A stretch of 56,937 nucleotides of DNA from an uncultured virus (IMG/VR IMGVR_UViG_3300035188_001352) (IMGVR_UViG_3300035188_001352:62001-118937); one strand, 5' to 3'; positions 10,165 through 18,722 are shown, numbered from the stretch's first letter. Notes: generated by a model not told the origin, from the letters alone. A program made the numbers and translations.

Positions 10165-10292
10165 ACACATACATAGCATAAAAGTTGAACAAAAAGAAGA
10201 CTTCGGAAACTGGCCACGCAATGGGCCAGAAGATTCGCCAAATGAAAGATAACCGAAAATCAGTCGGTCCGACCTTTATGCTATGTATGTGT
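10165..10292 (-). ncRNA. Y-RNA/Yrl-like RNA 1 (no T-loop)
   Basis: 18-bp terminal inverted repeat; core GGTCGGACCG..GATTTTCGG-TTATC...CCGAAGTC-TTCTTTTT-GTTCAAC. Confidence 0.6.
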
Positions 10293-10298
10293 ATAAAA

Positions 10299-10375
10299 TG
10301 GCGACCCCAACCGAACTTGAATCGGTGGCCTCTTGCGTGACAGGCAAGCGCTCTAACCAGCTGAGCTATGGGGCC
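10299..10375 (-). tRNA. tRNA-Asp(GTC)
   Basis: Canonical cloverleaf, CT-GTC-AC loop, G73-CCA. Confidence 0.95.
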
Positions 10376-10381
10376 ATTGTT

Positions 10382-11116
10382 CTAAAGTTGTTCGTATTTT
10401 TCACGAACGGTTTGCAAATGTTTTTCATCCATGACTTTACCGAAAGTATTCACAGCCAAGAAAGCTGCATACTTTTCCTTTTCAGATGGTTCTTCCAAAG
10501 TACCCATCGACACACCATAATCTTCAAAGTGGTATTTGTCACTTCTTGAAAGTTCCGAAAAGTAATAGCCTTTGTATTGAAAACGGTCTTCGTAAAACTC
10601 AATCAATGCCGTCAAACGTTGTTTGCCATCAATAACTTCATAACCTTTGTTATCTACTTCAAATGGAACTTTAGCAAATACGAACAGACCGATGGTGACA
10701 TTGTTGAAGATTGAATCAATCAACTTTTGTTTGTCTTCCAATGTCCATACGTATTCACGTTGGTATTCAGGAGTAAAATCAACACCCGCATAATCACCAA
10801 CAACCATTCGTAACAGACCTTCAATGTTGCGATTTGATTGATTCATTCGAAAACGAATCGGTTGTTTCAAGCTTGTTTTTGGTAAATCTTCACGAATCTT
10901 ATACAATTCGTGCCATGCAACTTGAGATTCTTGGGTATAAGGAACTTGTGTTCCATAGTTGTTTTTCATACCCGAAGAATAGACTACATACATTCCACCT
11001 TCAAGGGCTTTTCTAACTACTGAATGTGTATGATTACCAAACTCTACGTCTTCACCTTCTTCAAAAGAACGTGTTGGTTTGAAACCATCTCTTACCCGCC
11101 AGTCGAAGTCTTTCAT
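10382..11116 (-). CDS. DUF262 (ParB-like) domain protein
   Basis: PEYQREYVW, LIDSI, VIDGKQRLTAL, F-x-x-VN motifs. Confidence 0.85.
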   Translation of the reverse strand: MKDFDWRVRDGFKPTRSFEEGEDVEFGNHTHSVVRKALEGGMYVVYSSGMKNNYGTQVPYTQESQVAWHELYKIREDLPKTSLKQPIRFRMNQSNRNIEGLLRMVVGDYAGVDFTPEYQREYVWTLEDKQKLIDSIFNNVTIGLFVFAKVPFEVDNKGYEVIDGKQRLTALIEFYEDRFQYKGYYFSELSRSDKYHFEDYGVSMGTLEEPSEKEKYAAFLAVNTFGKVMDEKHLQTVREKYEQL

Positions 11117-12006
11117 CTTAGTTCACTCTACGTTTGTTTGAATATGTGTCTATTATACAACAGTTCTAGTAAATGTAAACGGTTATTTTTGTGAAGCAGT
11201 TATCATTTACGAATATAAAATGTCAATTTGTCCAAACAATCCGATTCTTCTATACGTGGAATAGAAGTATAAGCAAACTGCTTTTCAATTCGTATCGGTC
11301 TATTCAAAAAGTTGTATAAGAGCATTTGCTGTTCAGTTGAAAGTTCCATGCCATTTACTCGATACACTGGAGCAACCCAACCACCACTACCATTTATCCA
11401 ATCACCACAAGCTACATTTTCAATACGATTAGGAGAAACTCTAAGCCAAGCTCGCAAGGCTCCTGCTGCATCTTCTTGTTCTTCTTGTGCAATGTTAGCA
11501 TTCCACCATTGTTGAATGTCTGGAGCAGCTGTCATTTCTCTGACAATCGAAACATAAGTACTCATCCCTCTTTATCCTCAGCTTCATTTTCGTTATACAT
11601 CTGTCGAGCATCAGAATAGCCATTCCAATTATCAACACCACAAGCTCGTAAGCAATCAAGAAAATCAGAATCTTCTACAAGTTCTTCAAAAAACTTTTTA
11701 GAAATCGTAATAGTTGCCGGCTCTTTTGCTTGTTCTGACATATTTCCTCTTGTGAAAGTTATTATGTAATAAGTTTTTAGTTTGAATGACGTCTATCTCC
11801 AAAGTAGACAGCAAGGCAAAGAACTAAAGCCATCACAACAAATAATCCAACACCAATCAACTCTTGGTGTTGTGCTTCTGCAATTTGCTCTGGTGTTTTA
11901 GCTGGTTGTTCTATAGAACTAGTTGTATCATCAACTGCAGCACCCCAAAACATTATACTTTGAGCATTCGAAAAATCTACTGGCATCTCATTTCCTCTGA
12001 TAACTT

Positions 12007-12080
12007 TGGAGCGGGATAGGGTAGTCGAAACCCTGTAGATGGAGTGGAAGTCCATTGCCTGACCGCTAGGCTAATCCCGC
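12007..12080 (-). tRNA. tRNA-Gly(TCC)
   Basis: GCGGGAT acceptor, CT-TCC-AC loop, U73-CCA. Confidence 0.9.
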
Positions 12081-12086
12081 ATTATT

Positions 12087-12162
12087 TGGTGGAGAATAGC
12101 GGACTCGAACCGCTCAGGCTAGGATCTTGCAAGGATCCTCCGGGTGCCCATGCCCATCCCCC
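12087..12162 (-). tRNA. tRNA-Ala(TGC) with atypical D arm
   Basis: G3:U70 pair, CT-TGC-AA loop, A73-CCA. Confidence 0.85.
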
Positions 12163-12216
12163 ATAAATCGAACCTGGCTATTTGTATTTGCACCGCCAGG
12201 AGGTGCCCCCATATTA

Positions 12217-12332
12217 GTTGATAAACAAAAATCGAAAGTTCAAATAAAGTTGTACCACACATTCAAGGCGGGAGTCGAACCCACAACTACTTTTTAGCAG
12301 AAAGAGATAATGAACTCTCAGCGGTTTATCAA
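12217..12332 (-). ncRNA. Y-RNA/YrlA-like RNA 2 (with T arm)
   Basis: TTGATAAAC-CG-CT-GAGAGTTCA-TTATC...GTGGG-TTCGACT-CCCGC...TGAACTTTC-GATTTTT-GTTTATCAA. Confidence 0.7.
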
Positions 12333-12561
12333 AATCTATTATACCATACTTTCTCTCAGAAGAGAGCAAAATATCAATAATACGGTGTTCGTAATATGTT
12401 ATTTACATTCTTCAAATTTTCTAACAATTTGTCAAGTGCTTCTTCTTTAGTTTTTCCAGTACCACTTACTTGCACCATACCTTGATACTGCTGTCTGCAA
12501 GTCCAACGTTTAGTATTGCTATCTTGACTATATACGTAATTCATATTCTCGTACAATAAAG

Positions 12562-12687
12562 ATTATTTTGTTAGTTACATCGCCTTACGTGCTTAGCCTG
12601 AGAAAGCGTTTATCGGTTTTACCAGCACGCCCAACGGAACAAAGAGGATGTCTCAGTTACTAACCTCACTATAACTAACAAAATAAT
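12562..12687. ncRNA. Structured RNA closed by a 16-bp inverted repeat
   Basis: ATTATTTTGTTAGTTA/TAACTAACAAAATAAT enclosing a GC-richer non-coding core with CTGAG/CTCAG pairing. Confidence 0.5.
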
Positions 12688-12689
12688 GT

Positions 12690-13316
12690 CTATAAATCTT
12701 TCAATATCAATCTAACATCTTTCTTTTCAGAAGAATAATCCTTCCCCCAAACTCTTGTATCATAATCCCAATCTTCTTTACCTTGATGAACTACAATATT
12801 CTTTTCGATATAAACATCTTTTGCAATATCAATAAGGTCAACGGTTACATCCGTCATTGCACTTATCTTAGCCCAAAGTTTTCTTGCTCCAAAGTATTGT
12901 ACTTCATCACCCATTAATTGATGTTTTAGAACTTTCAAAAAGTAACGATACATTTGAAGTGCTATACCATAACATCTAACATTTTCTCTAACCTGTACTT
13001 CATCAACATTTAGAAAAGATTCTCCAACTGATTTGACTGGAGTAAGTGTCATCTTGAAAATAACATCAAGTTTAGTTTCTTTTTCTTTTCCTCTTTTTGT
13101 CAAAATATCTTTAGTTTCAAACTTACCCAAAACATAATGATGATTAGATTTCATTTTATAAAGCTCCATATTTCCAATAGGAGTTCTTATATCACTTATC
13201 TTATCATAAAATTCGAATAAACCTGTTTCAGATAAAAAACCAAGAGAATAAATACCGGGCTCCCAGTTTCCAAAAGCCGCTATAGCATTCATTTCTAATA
13301 GTTTATTTACCCGCAT
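12690..13316 (-). CDS. GNAT-like protein with putative capsid-targeting N-terminus
   Basis: V-x-V-x-ENVRCYGIALQMY...GD-x-x-Q-x-x-GARKLW; start re-assigned to MRVNKLLE. Confidence 0.55.
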   Translation of the reverse strand: MRVNKLLEMNAIAAFGNWEPGIYSLGFLSETGLFEFYDKISDIRTPIGNMELYKMKSNHHYVLGKFETKDILTKRGKEKETKLDVIFKMTLTPVKSVGESFLNVDEVQVRENVRCYGIALQMYRYFLKVLKHQLMGDEVQYFGARKLWAKISAMTDVTVDLIDIAKDVYIEKNIVVHQGKEDWDYDTRVWGKDYSSEKKDVRLILKDL

Positions 13317-13817
13317 TTTTGCTCCAAAGTTTTTCAAGAAGTGTTTCGTATTCTTTGTTCAAATACTTTTCAACCAATAAACAGAATACTTCTTGTTGTT
13401 CTTTTGTCGCAAATCTAAACTCATTGACATATTCATCATGTTCAATCAAATCAAATTTAGTATTACGCCAGAAATGACTACATAACAATTTGATACCAGG
13501 ACAATCATATGTTTCAACAACATATGGCTTGTCAATTTCAAATGCTTTATATCTGTCAGTCATTCAAAGTAAATCCTAATTCCAACAAAATCTTTTTACC
13601 TTCTTCAGAAGCTTCCTTGACTGCAAGCTCTAAGTTTGATAGAGGGAAGCCAGCAAAACCACCGCAATTTTCGCATTTTCCAAGGATAAATGAAGTATGA
13701 AACCCACCTTGTAATGGAAATCCTTCATGATGTGTTGACCTTTTGAAAGAAATATTACCTGGGCATTCACAAAGCTTACCCACATTTGGCTTTTCAACTA
13801 CTTTCTTCTTAACCCAA

Positions 13818-14642
13818 CTAAACATCAGCCTTTACTCCTCGTTCTCTATTAGTTTCAAACTTGAACCATTCAGTCATAATTAATTCAACATCGTGGTCAT
13901 AAAAACCTGAACAGTTAATGCAATTGAACTCAACTACCTTAACAACACCATCTGGTCCAAGAAGTGCAGTGTCCATAACACAACAACTATCTGGTAACCA
14001 AATGTCTGCAAGCTCTTGAGCTTCTTCAGTGATACGTTGATCAGTAACTCTTTGCTTTATTAACCTGCCATCACAACGATATAATGACCCAGAAACAACT
14101 TTTCCATCAATGATAAACCATCGCCATTCAGCCATGATATCGTGTGGAGTGTTAACCACTATCTTCGTATCTTTTGTCAATTGAGCAGCTTTACTTGTAT
14201 CAGCCGCTAAAGCATCTAAGAAGAACTTCAAACATTCCATTTTGGTCGTAACTTCTCCAGCAAACTGCTTCAAATCAAGTACTGGTCGAATGAAGATACG
14301 TTCTTCGAGTTCATGATCTAACACTGTCGATAAGTAATCGACATATTCTCCAACCGTCGTGACCAGTTCTCCATTCAACATATCGGTTCTGTTCTTTAAC
14401 GCTACTTCATAATCGAAATTGTCATTAAAATGGACACCCTGCCAGCCAAGTTCTTTTGCTTTCAAAGTTAACGACGTTGAACCATACGGAATGTATGCAG
14501 TTCCCACAAGTTCGTTATCAGAACTTATTTCATGAGAGAATGGAATAATACCAATACTCTCAAAAGGTAACTTGTCAAGAACTGGAACTAGCAACTGCAA
14601 CTGGTATTCTGAAATCAGGTTTGTCTGAAACATGAACTTCAT
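13818..14642 (-). CDS. ATP-grasp protein (DUF4343/R2K-like)
   Basis: IFIRP-x-x-DLKQFAG, EWRWFII, VMD...KVVEFNCINCSGFY; start re-assigned downstream of tRNA-Ser. Confidence 0.8.
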   Translation of the reverse strand: MKFMFQTNLISEYQLQLLVPVLDKLPFESIGIIPFSHEISSDNELVGTAYIPYGSTSLTLKAKELGWQGVHFNDNFDYEVALKNRTDMLNGELVTTVGEYVDYLSTVLDHELEERIFIRPVLDLKQFAGEVTTKMECLKFFLDALAADTSKAAQLTKDTKIVVNTPHDIMAEWRWFIIDGKVVSGSLYRCDGRLIKQRVTDQRITEEAQELADIWLPDSCCVMDTALLGPDGVVKVVEFNCINCSGFYDHDVELIMTEWFKFETNRERGVKADV

Positions 14643-14659
14643 TTGAGTTTCCTTAAAAT

Positions 14660-14750
14660 TGGCGGAGAGCGGGTGCACTTGAAGCCCAAACCATTTCTGG
14701 TTCCCACAGTTTTCAAGACTGGTCCGGCGCGCCTGTCCGGTTCACTCTCC
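14660..14750 (-). tRNA. tRNA-Ser(TGA)
   Basis: CT-TGA-AA loop, long variable arm, G73-CCA. Confidence 0.85.
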
Positions 14751-15407
14751 ATAATTCTTTCGCTATTTCAAAATCTTTATGACTTCGAATGCTTGTTCTT
14801 CTGTAATGCCCACTTCTTCTAACTTGGTTGAAACTTCTCTAGCTTTTTTCAACCAAGATTGATGTTCATGACCAATCCAATTGTGTCTTTCATTTTTTAC
14901 TTCATAATACCAACTACAACCATCAGTATGATTATGCTTGCATAATATGCCATGCAATCGAATTGCTAATTGTTTGAGCGGGTCGTTATTATCAATTTCT
15001 GCTTGAGCTTTTTCAGCTGCTTCTTTTTCTTCTTTTATCAGCTTTTCAAGCTCTGCTTTATGTTGTGCTAATTCTCTTTCCAATTCTGCTATTCTGTTAG
15101 TGCTCATCGTTATTACTCCTCTATTCATCAAAATTAGTAGTGAGTTTCCACTTGATTTCATCAGCTAATTGTTTTGCAATATCAGCACGTTTATTCATCG
15201 AACCCTGTTCATTTTGCAAAATATTCAATACTTCTAACAATACCTTATTAGCTACTTCCTGTATTGCATCACTTTGTTCTGAATCAGTTTCACTTACAAT
15301 CTTATCAATTATGCTAGTCATCGTAATCACCTGTTCATCAATTTATGGTTCTATTATAAACAGTTTTTTATAAATGTAAACACTTATTTAGTACAGACTT
15401 CACAATT

Positions 15408-15689
15408 TTACTCACCATGATATTGCCATAAGACTGCATTACAAACTGCATGAACTGCTCCAATAGTCATACCAGTATCATGAGCATGGTGTAGATGAAC
15501 TGGCCATTTGAAAAAGTTCGGTGGAAATAACGTTCTATCAATTCGCTTCCCAATCATTTCTTTAGAAGCTTTACCATCTAATGGTTGTCCACAATGACAA
15601 CACTTACCTTCCTGAAGACGAACATATTCTTCTCGAACTAACCTACGTTGAGCTGAAGATATCTTATCGTAATTGACTGGTAATTGCAT
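15408..15689 (-). CDS. Small HNH/endonuclease VII-like protein
   Basis: Q-x-G-x-CCHC...HLHHAHDTG...GAVHAVCN. Confidence 0.65.
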   Translation of the reverse strand: MQLPVNYDKISSAQRRLVREEYVRLQEGKCCHCGQPLDGKASKEMIGKRIDRTLFPPNFFKWPVHLHHAHDTGMTIGAVHAVCNAVLWQYHGE

Positions 15690-15709
15690 ATCAATCTCTT
15701 TCTAAAATT

Positions 15710-15783
15710 TGGTAGGACCAGAAAGAGTCGAACTTTCATTGACGGATTATCGGTCCGGCATTCTACCATTGAATTATGGTCCT
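15710..15783 (-). tRNA. tRNA-Ile(GAT)
   Basis: AGGACCA acceptor, CC-GAT-AA loop (C33), A73-CCA; 5' end overlaps the endonuclease stop. Confidence 0.9.
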
Positions 15784-16419
15784 AATATATTCTTCTGTTA
15801 ATTGTTCTTTCAATAAAATGAACAACTTTACATTATTTTGTTCAATTACTTTGGCTATTTTTTCTTCATCTTGTTTTGCTTTATAACTATTTTTTGGGTC
15901 TAACCAAATATCATATTCCGGTAAATAAAAATCGGCAAAGTAATTTCTGTTATCATATTTTAAAGCCTTAGGTCTCAACCACTTAATGTTCAGATTATTC
16001 AAAATTTCACTACATCTTAATTCATAACTACTCTGAAGTGTTGTTAGCTTTCCAAAACTATCAATAACTTTCGTTTTTTGGCTTCGCCCAGCATTTTCTC
16101 GATATCCACCGCCTTTAGCAGAATTTACTCTATGTTGTTCTGTATTATCTTTGTGGTATTTTTTACTGCAATAGCCATTAGGTTCATTGTTTTCATAATA
16201 CTTTTTTACGCCTAAACTATTTTCAAATACTCTTGAATCTGTTTCTTTTGTTAGACCTTTATTCCAAGCTTTTCTAATTCCATTTTTATATCCACTATTT
16301 GGATCAAAATCTATACCTCTAATCTTTTTTATTTTGACGCCATTACAACTTTTAATATGTTTTTTAAAATTATTATTAGTTATATCTTTACAACATTTTA
16401 CACAATAAGTAGTTTTCAT
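15763..16419 (-). CDS. Putative free-standing homing endonuclease (PD-(D/E)XK)
   Basis: CxxC...HxxxC Zn finger, AWNKGLTKETD-x-R, QSSYE...YFADFYLPEYDIWLDPKN. Confidence 0.7.
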   Translation of the reverse strand: MKTTYCVKCCKDITNNNFKKHIKSCNGVKIKKIRGIDFDPNSGYKNGIRKAWNKGLTKETDSRVFENSLGVKKYYENNEPNGYCSKKYHKDNTEQHRVNSAKGGGYRENAGRSQKTKVIDSFGKLTTLQSSYELRCSEILNNLNIKWLRPKALKYDNRNYFADFYLPEYDIWLDPKNSYKAKQDEEKIAKVIEQNNVKLFILLKEQLTEEYIRTIIQW

Positions 16420-16443
16420 AATAATCTCACAATCGAAAATTAT

Positions 16444-16451
16444 TATTTATA
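16444..16451 (-). promoter_or_regulatory. T4-type late promoter TATAAATA
   Basis: Exact match, 3 nt downstream of the truncated tRNA-Ile anticodon. Confidence 0.7.
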
Positions 16452-16454
16452 CAG

Positions 16455-16489
16455 ATCAGGTTCACGTTCTACCTTTAAACTAAGGAGCT
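16455..16489 (-). pseudogene. Orphan 5' half of tRNA-Ile(GAT), ending at the anticodon
   Basis: AGCTCCT-TA-GTTT-AAAGGTA-GAAC-G-TGAAC-CT-GAT followed by non-tRNA sequence. Confidence 0.8.
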
Positions 16490-16860
16490 ATTTTTGATGT
16501 CAAACCATTCTTCATTTGATAAAAGTAAACCAATTGGAACTTTTATCATAAATGATGTCATCATTATTACTGCAAGCTTTACTTACCAAATCTGAAAAAT
16601 CTTTCAATGCTGCCAAATACTTTGGCAAAACACATGTAGCATGCACTCGATACATATCGAGTTCTTCAACATAGTGAACACCTGAAAACTTCATCGTAGA
16701 CAAGACTTCCAAGTTTTCATACAAATTTTGTAGAATTGCTTTTACTACTAATTCATTTCCGTTCATCTTAGTTCACTCCACGTTCTTTAGAATATGGGTC
16801 TATTGTATACTAAGAAATCAGTAATGTAAACACTTTTTATGTGAACTGCTTCACAAAAAT

Positions 16861-16959
16861 TGGTGGTGGAGTATCCTGGTAACGCTCACAGGTGGTGACA
16901 GTCGCGAACAGTCACAGAGCTTCACGGGCTCTACCGCCTCTTTAGCGGCTTACTACTCC
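16861..16959 (-). tRNA. Atypical tRNA with GTG (His) anticodon, long variable arm and CCACCA end
   Basis: AGAGC-CC-GTG-AA-GCTCT; variable stem GTGAC/GTCAC; T-loop AGCGTTA; A73; no G-1. Confidence 0.65.
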
Positions 16960-16964
16960 GAAAA

Positions 16965-17161
16965 ACATTATAACCTTACCCACTCTCTCGAGTATCCCCA
17001 CTCTCCACGAGCAGTGAATTATACGCTATACATCCATTCCTACTTTACAATGCTCTACGCGTCGAGCTAAAGTGTTTCGCAACTTTGGTTTGCATCCTAC
17101 TTGTTCAGGCGATCAACAAGAACTTTCGGTTTTCATTTATCCCAGGGTAGAGTTATAATGT
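16965..17161. ncRNA. ~200-nt structured RNA candidate
   Basis: Terminal inverted repeat ACATTATAAC-CTTACCC/GGGTAG-AGTTATAATGT; no ORF; inner hairpins CTTGTT/AACAAG and D-arm-like GCTC-GACGCGTA-GAGC. Confidence 0.55.
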
Positions 17162-17162
17162 C

Positions 17163-17615
17163 TTAGTCAAGATAGCTATCAATATTTTTTGCTATACTTT
17201 TACTCAAGTCTTTACTCAAGTTAGTCATTATTTCAATAATCGTGAAATAAACTTCTTCATTAGTTCTAAGTTCTTTTAGTTGATGATATCTATTCAAGCT
17301 ATCAATCCATAGTTCAATAGTATTCTTATCAGGTATCAAATCAGATATCATCCATTGATGATAATCATTATACTTTGGAACTTTATTTCCTTTCAACTTT
17401 ATAATTCTTATTTGTCTAATCCATCCATCAATATCGCCCAGATGTTTATTGTAGTTCAAATCATCTTTCCATTTTAGAACTTTTATTAGATGTTCAATAA
17501 TAGGATGTGCTAATCCAGTAATTTTACTTTCAGCATCTCTTCGCGAAAATGCCATTTCATACAATATATCCAAAAAACTTTCAGTTAGATTATCAAATAA
17601 TTCTACTAGTTTCAT
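17163..17615 (-). CDS. DUF29-like helical protein with putative capsid-targeting N-terminus
   Basis: MKLVELF...LYEMA; IIEHLIK...H...I-x-x-W. Confidence 0.5.
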   Translation of the reverse strand: MKLVELFDNLTESFLDILYEMAFSRRDAESKITGLAHPIIEHLIKVLKWKDDLNYNKHLGDIDGWIRQIRIIKLKGNKVPKYNDYHQWMISDLIPDKNTIELWIDSLNRYHQLKELRTNEEVYFTIIEIMTNLSKDLSKSIAKNIDSYLD

Positions 17616-17637
17616 TTATCTTTCTCTTTTACAAAAT

Positions 17638-17712
17638 TGGCATCGCGACGGGGAGTTGAACCCCGCTTGTCGGGTTGAAAACCCGATGTCCTAACCGATA
17701 GACGACCGCGAT
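17638..17712 (-). tRNA. tRNA-Glu(TTC)
   Basis: TT-TTC-AA loop, G73-CCA. Confidence 0.9.
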
Positions 17713-17718
17713 ATAATT

Positions 17719-17806
17719 TGGTGGGGAGAGAGGGATTCGAACCCCCTGTGTTTCTGTGTGCCTGGGTTACAGCCAGGTGCCCTTCCGCCGTCAGGACAGT
17801 CTCCCC
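17719..17806 (-). tRNA. tRNA-Tyr(GTA)
   Basis: CT-GTA-AC loop, long variable arm, A73-CCA. Confidence 0.9.
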
Positions 17807-17819
17807 ATAAAATACATAC

Positions 17820-17920
17820 TCAGGATAGTAGGATTCGAACCTACGTCCCGGCATCGGGCTATATTCTCGTTAGAAAACATAGTCCAAATGCCGTGCTAAA
17901 CCAACCTCAGCTACACCCTG
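17820..17920 (-). tRNA. tRNA-Pro(TGG) interrupted by a 28-nt insert (17856..17883)
   Basis: C1:G72, A73; removing the insert restores CGGCA-TT-TGG-GA-TGCCG; acceptor extended by ACATACT/AGTATGT. Confidence 0.75.
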
Positions 17921-17936
17921 AGTATGTACTCTATTT

Positions 17937-17996
17937 TGGTCGCCTATTATAGACCGGGCGAGTAACGGTCACGTCCTTCTACCATTGGTAGATGAC
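17937..17996 (-). ncRNA. 60-nt structured RNA candidate ending in CCA
   Basis: GTC..GAC-CA closure with hairpins CTACC/GGTAG and GACCG/CGGTC. Confidence 0.4.
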
Positions 17997-18324
17997 AACT
18001 TCTTACACCGTATATTTGATTTCCAACACTTCATCTTTCATATCTAATCGCATCCCTGAATAATCACCACCTCTAGGAACATCAAAAGTGATTGAAATAT
18101 CCTTAGCATTAGGATGAATTAACTTCTTTTCTATCAACATTTGAATAATACCTACACCATCAATAAGACCAGTAACTGTTTCAGTCACAACTTTTTGTTG
18201 TATTTCAAACATCTTAGTATTCCTCACTATGTTTTACCGATTATGTGTCTATTATAATCAGATTTTCGTAAATGTAAATGGTTATTTTTGATAACTGCTT
18301 CACATTTTTACTAACTAAAAAACT

Positions 18325-18413
18325 TGGCGGAAGACTGAGGGCATGCTCCCCAAACCTTGTTAGGTTCCCATTGTTTAGCAAACAAGTTCGGTACCTTGAC
18401 CGATTAATCTTCC
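18325..18413 (-). tRNA. tRNA-Ser(GCT)
   Basis: TT-GCT-AA loop, long variable arm, G73-CCA; non-canonical T loop AGCATGC. Confidence 0.8.
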
Positions 18414-18427
18414 AGAAGAGCCTTAAT

Positions 18428-18468
18428 AACAAAAAAGGGATTCTTTTTACGGAATCCCTTTTGTAAAA
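18428..18468 (-). terminator. Intrinsic terminator of putative attenuator
   Basis: AAAAGGGATTC-CGTAAAAA-GAATCCCTTTTTT. Confidence 0.75.
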
Positions 18469-18491
18469 TCTTTATAAGTAAAACTAAAACT

Positions 18492-18632
18492 TTACAAAAG
18501 AGGTCCCCATTCAGGATAACTTCCCTCACTATCAATCGACGCCGATTCCGGTGCATATACTTCCGGTCTGGCTTCAATAGAAGAGCCATAGAACATATCA
18601 ATAATGGAAGGATCGATGATAAAAGTTTTCAT
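18492..18632 (-). CDS. 46-aa putative leader peptide (not in ORF track)
   Basis: Hand translation MKTFIIDPSIIDMFYGSSIEARPEVYAPESASIDSEGSYPEWGPLL*; its 3' end is complementary to the terminator 5' arm. Confidence 0.65.
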   Translation of the reverse strand: MKTFIIDPSIIDMFYGSSIEARPEVYAPESASIDSEGSYPEWGPLL

Positions 18633-18659
18633 TTTACTAAGTTTGTTTTGTTATAAATC

Positions 18660-18722
18660 TATTTATAGAATTTCTAAAAATTATGTAGCTATTATACCAC
18701 AATTTTTTGTGGTTGTAAACAC
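18660..18722 (-). promoter_or_regulatory. Tandem early (GTTTAC..TATAAT) and late (TATAAATA) promoters upstream of the leader
   Basis: GTTTACAACCACAAAAAATTGTGGTATAAT and TATAAATA (18660-18667) on the minus strand. Confidence 0.7.

Noticed and set aside
15710..16489. Spliced tRNA-Ile built from the orphan 5' half and the downstream 3' half
   Set aside because: Acceptor (AGCTCCT vs TGGTCCT) and anticodon stems (TGAAC vs TCCGT) are not complementary.
12172..17996. Theta/HDV-like ribozyme identity for the small structured spacers at 12172 and 17937
   Set aside because: They lie 5' of the adjacent tRNA rather than at its 3' end, and I could not build the nested P1-P3/P1.1 HDV fold.
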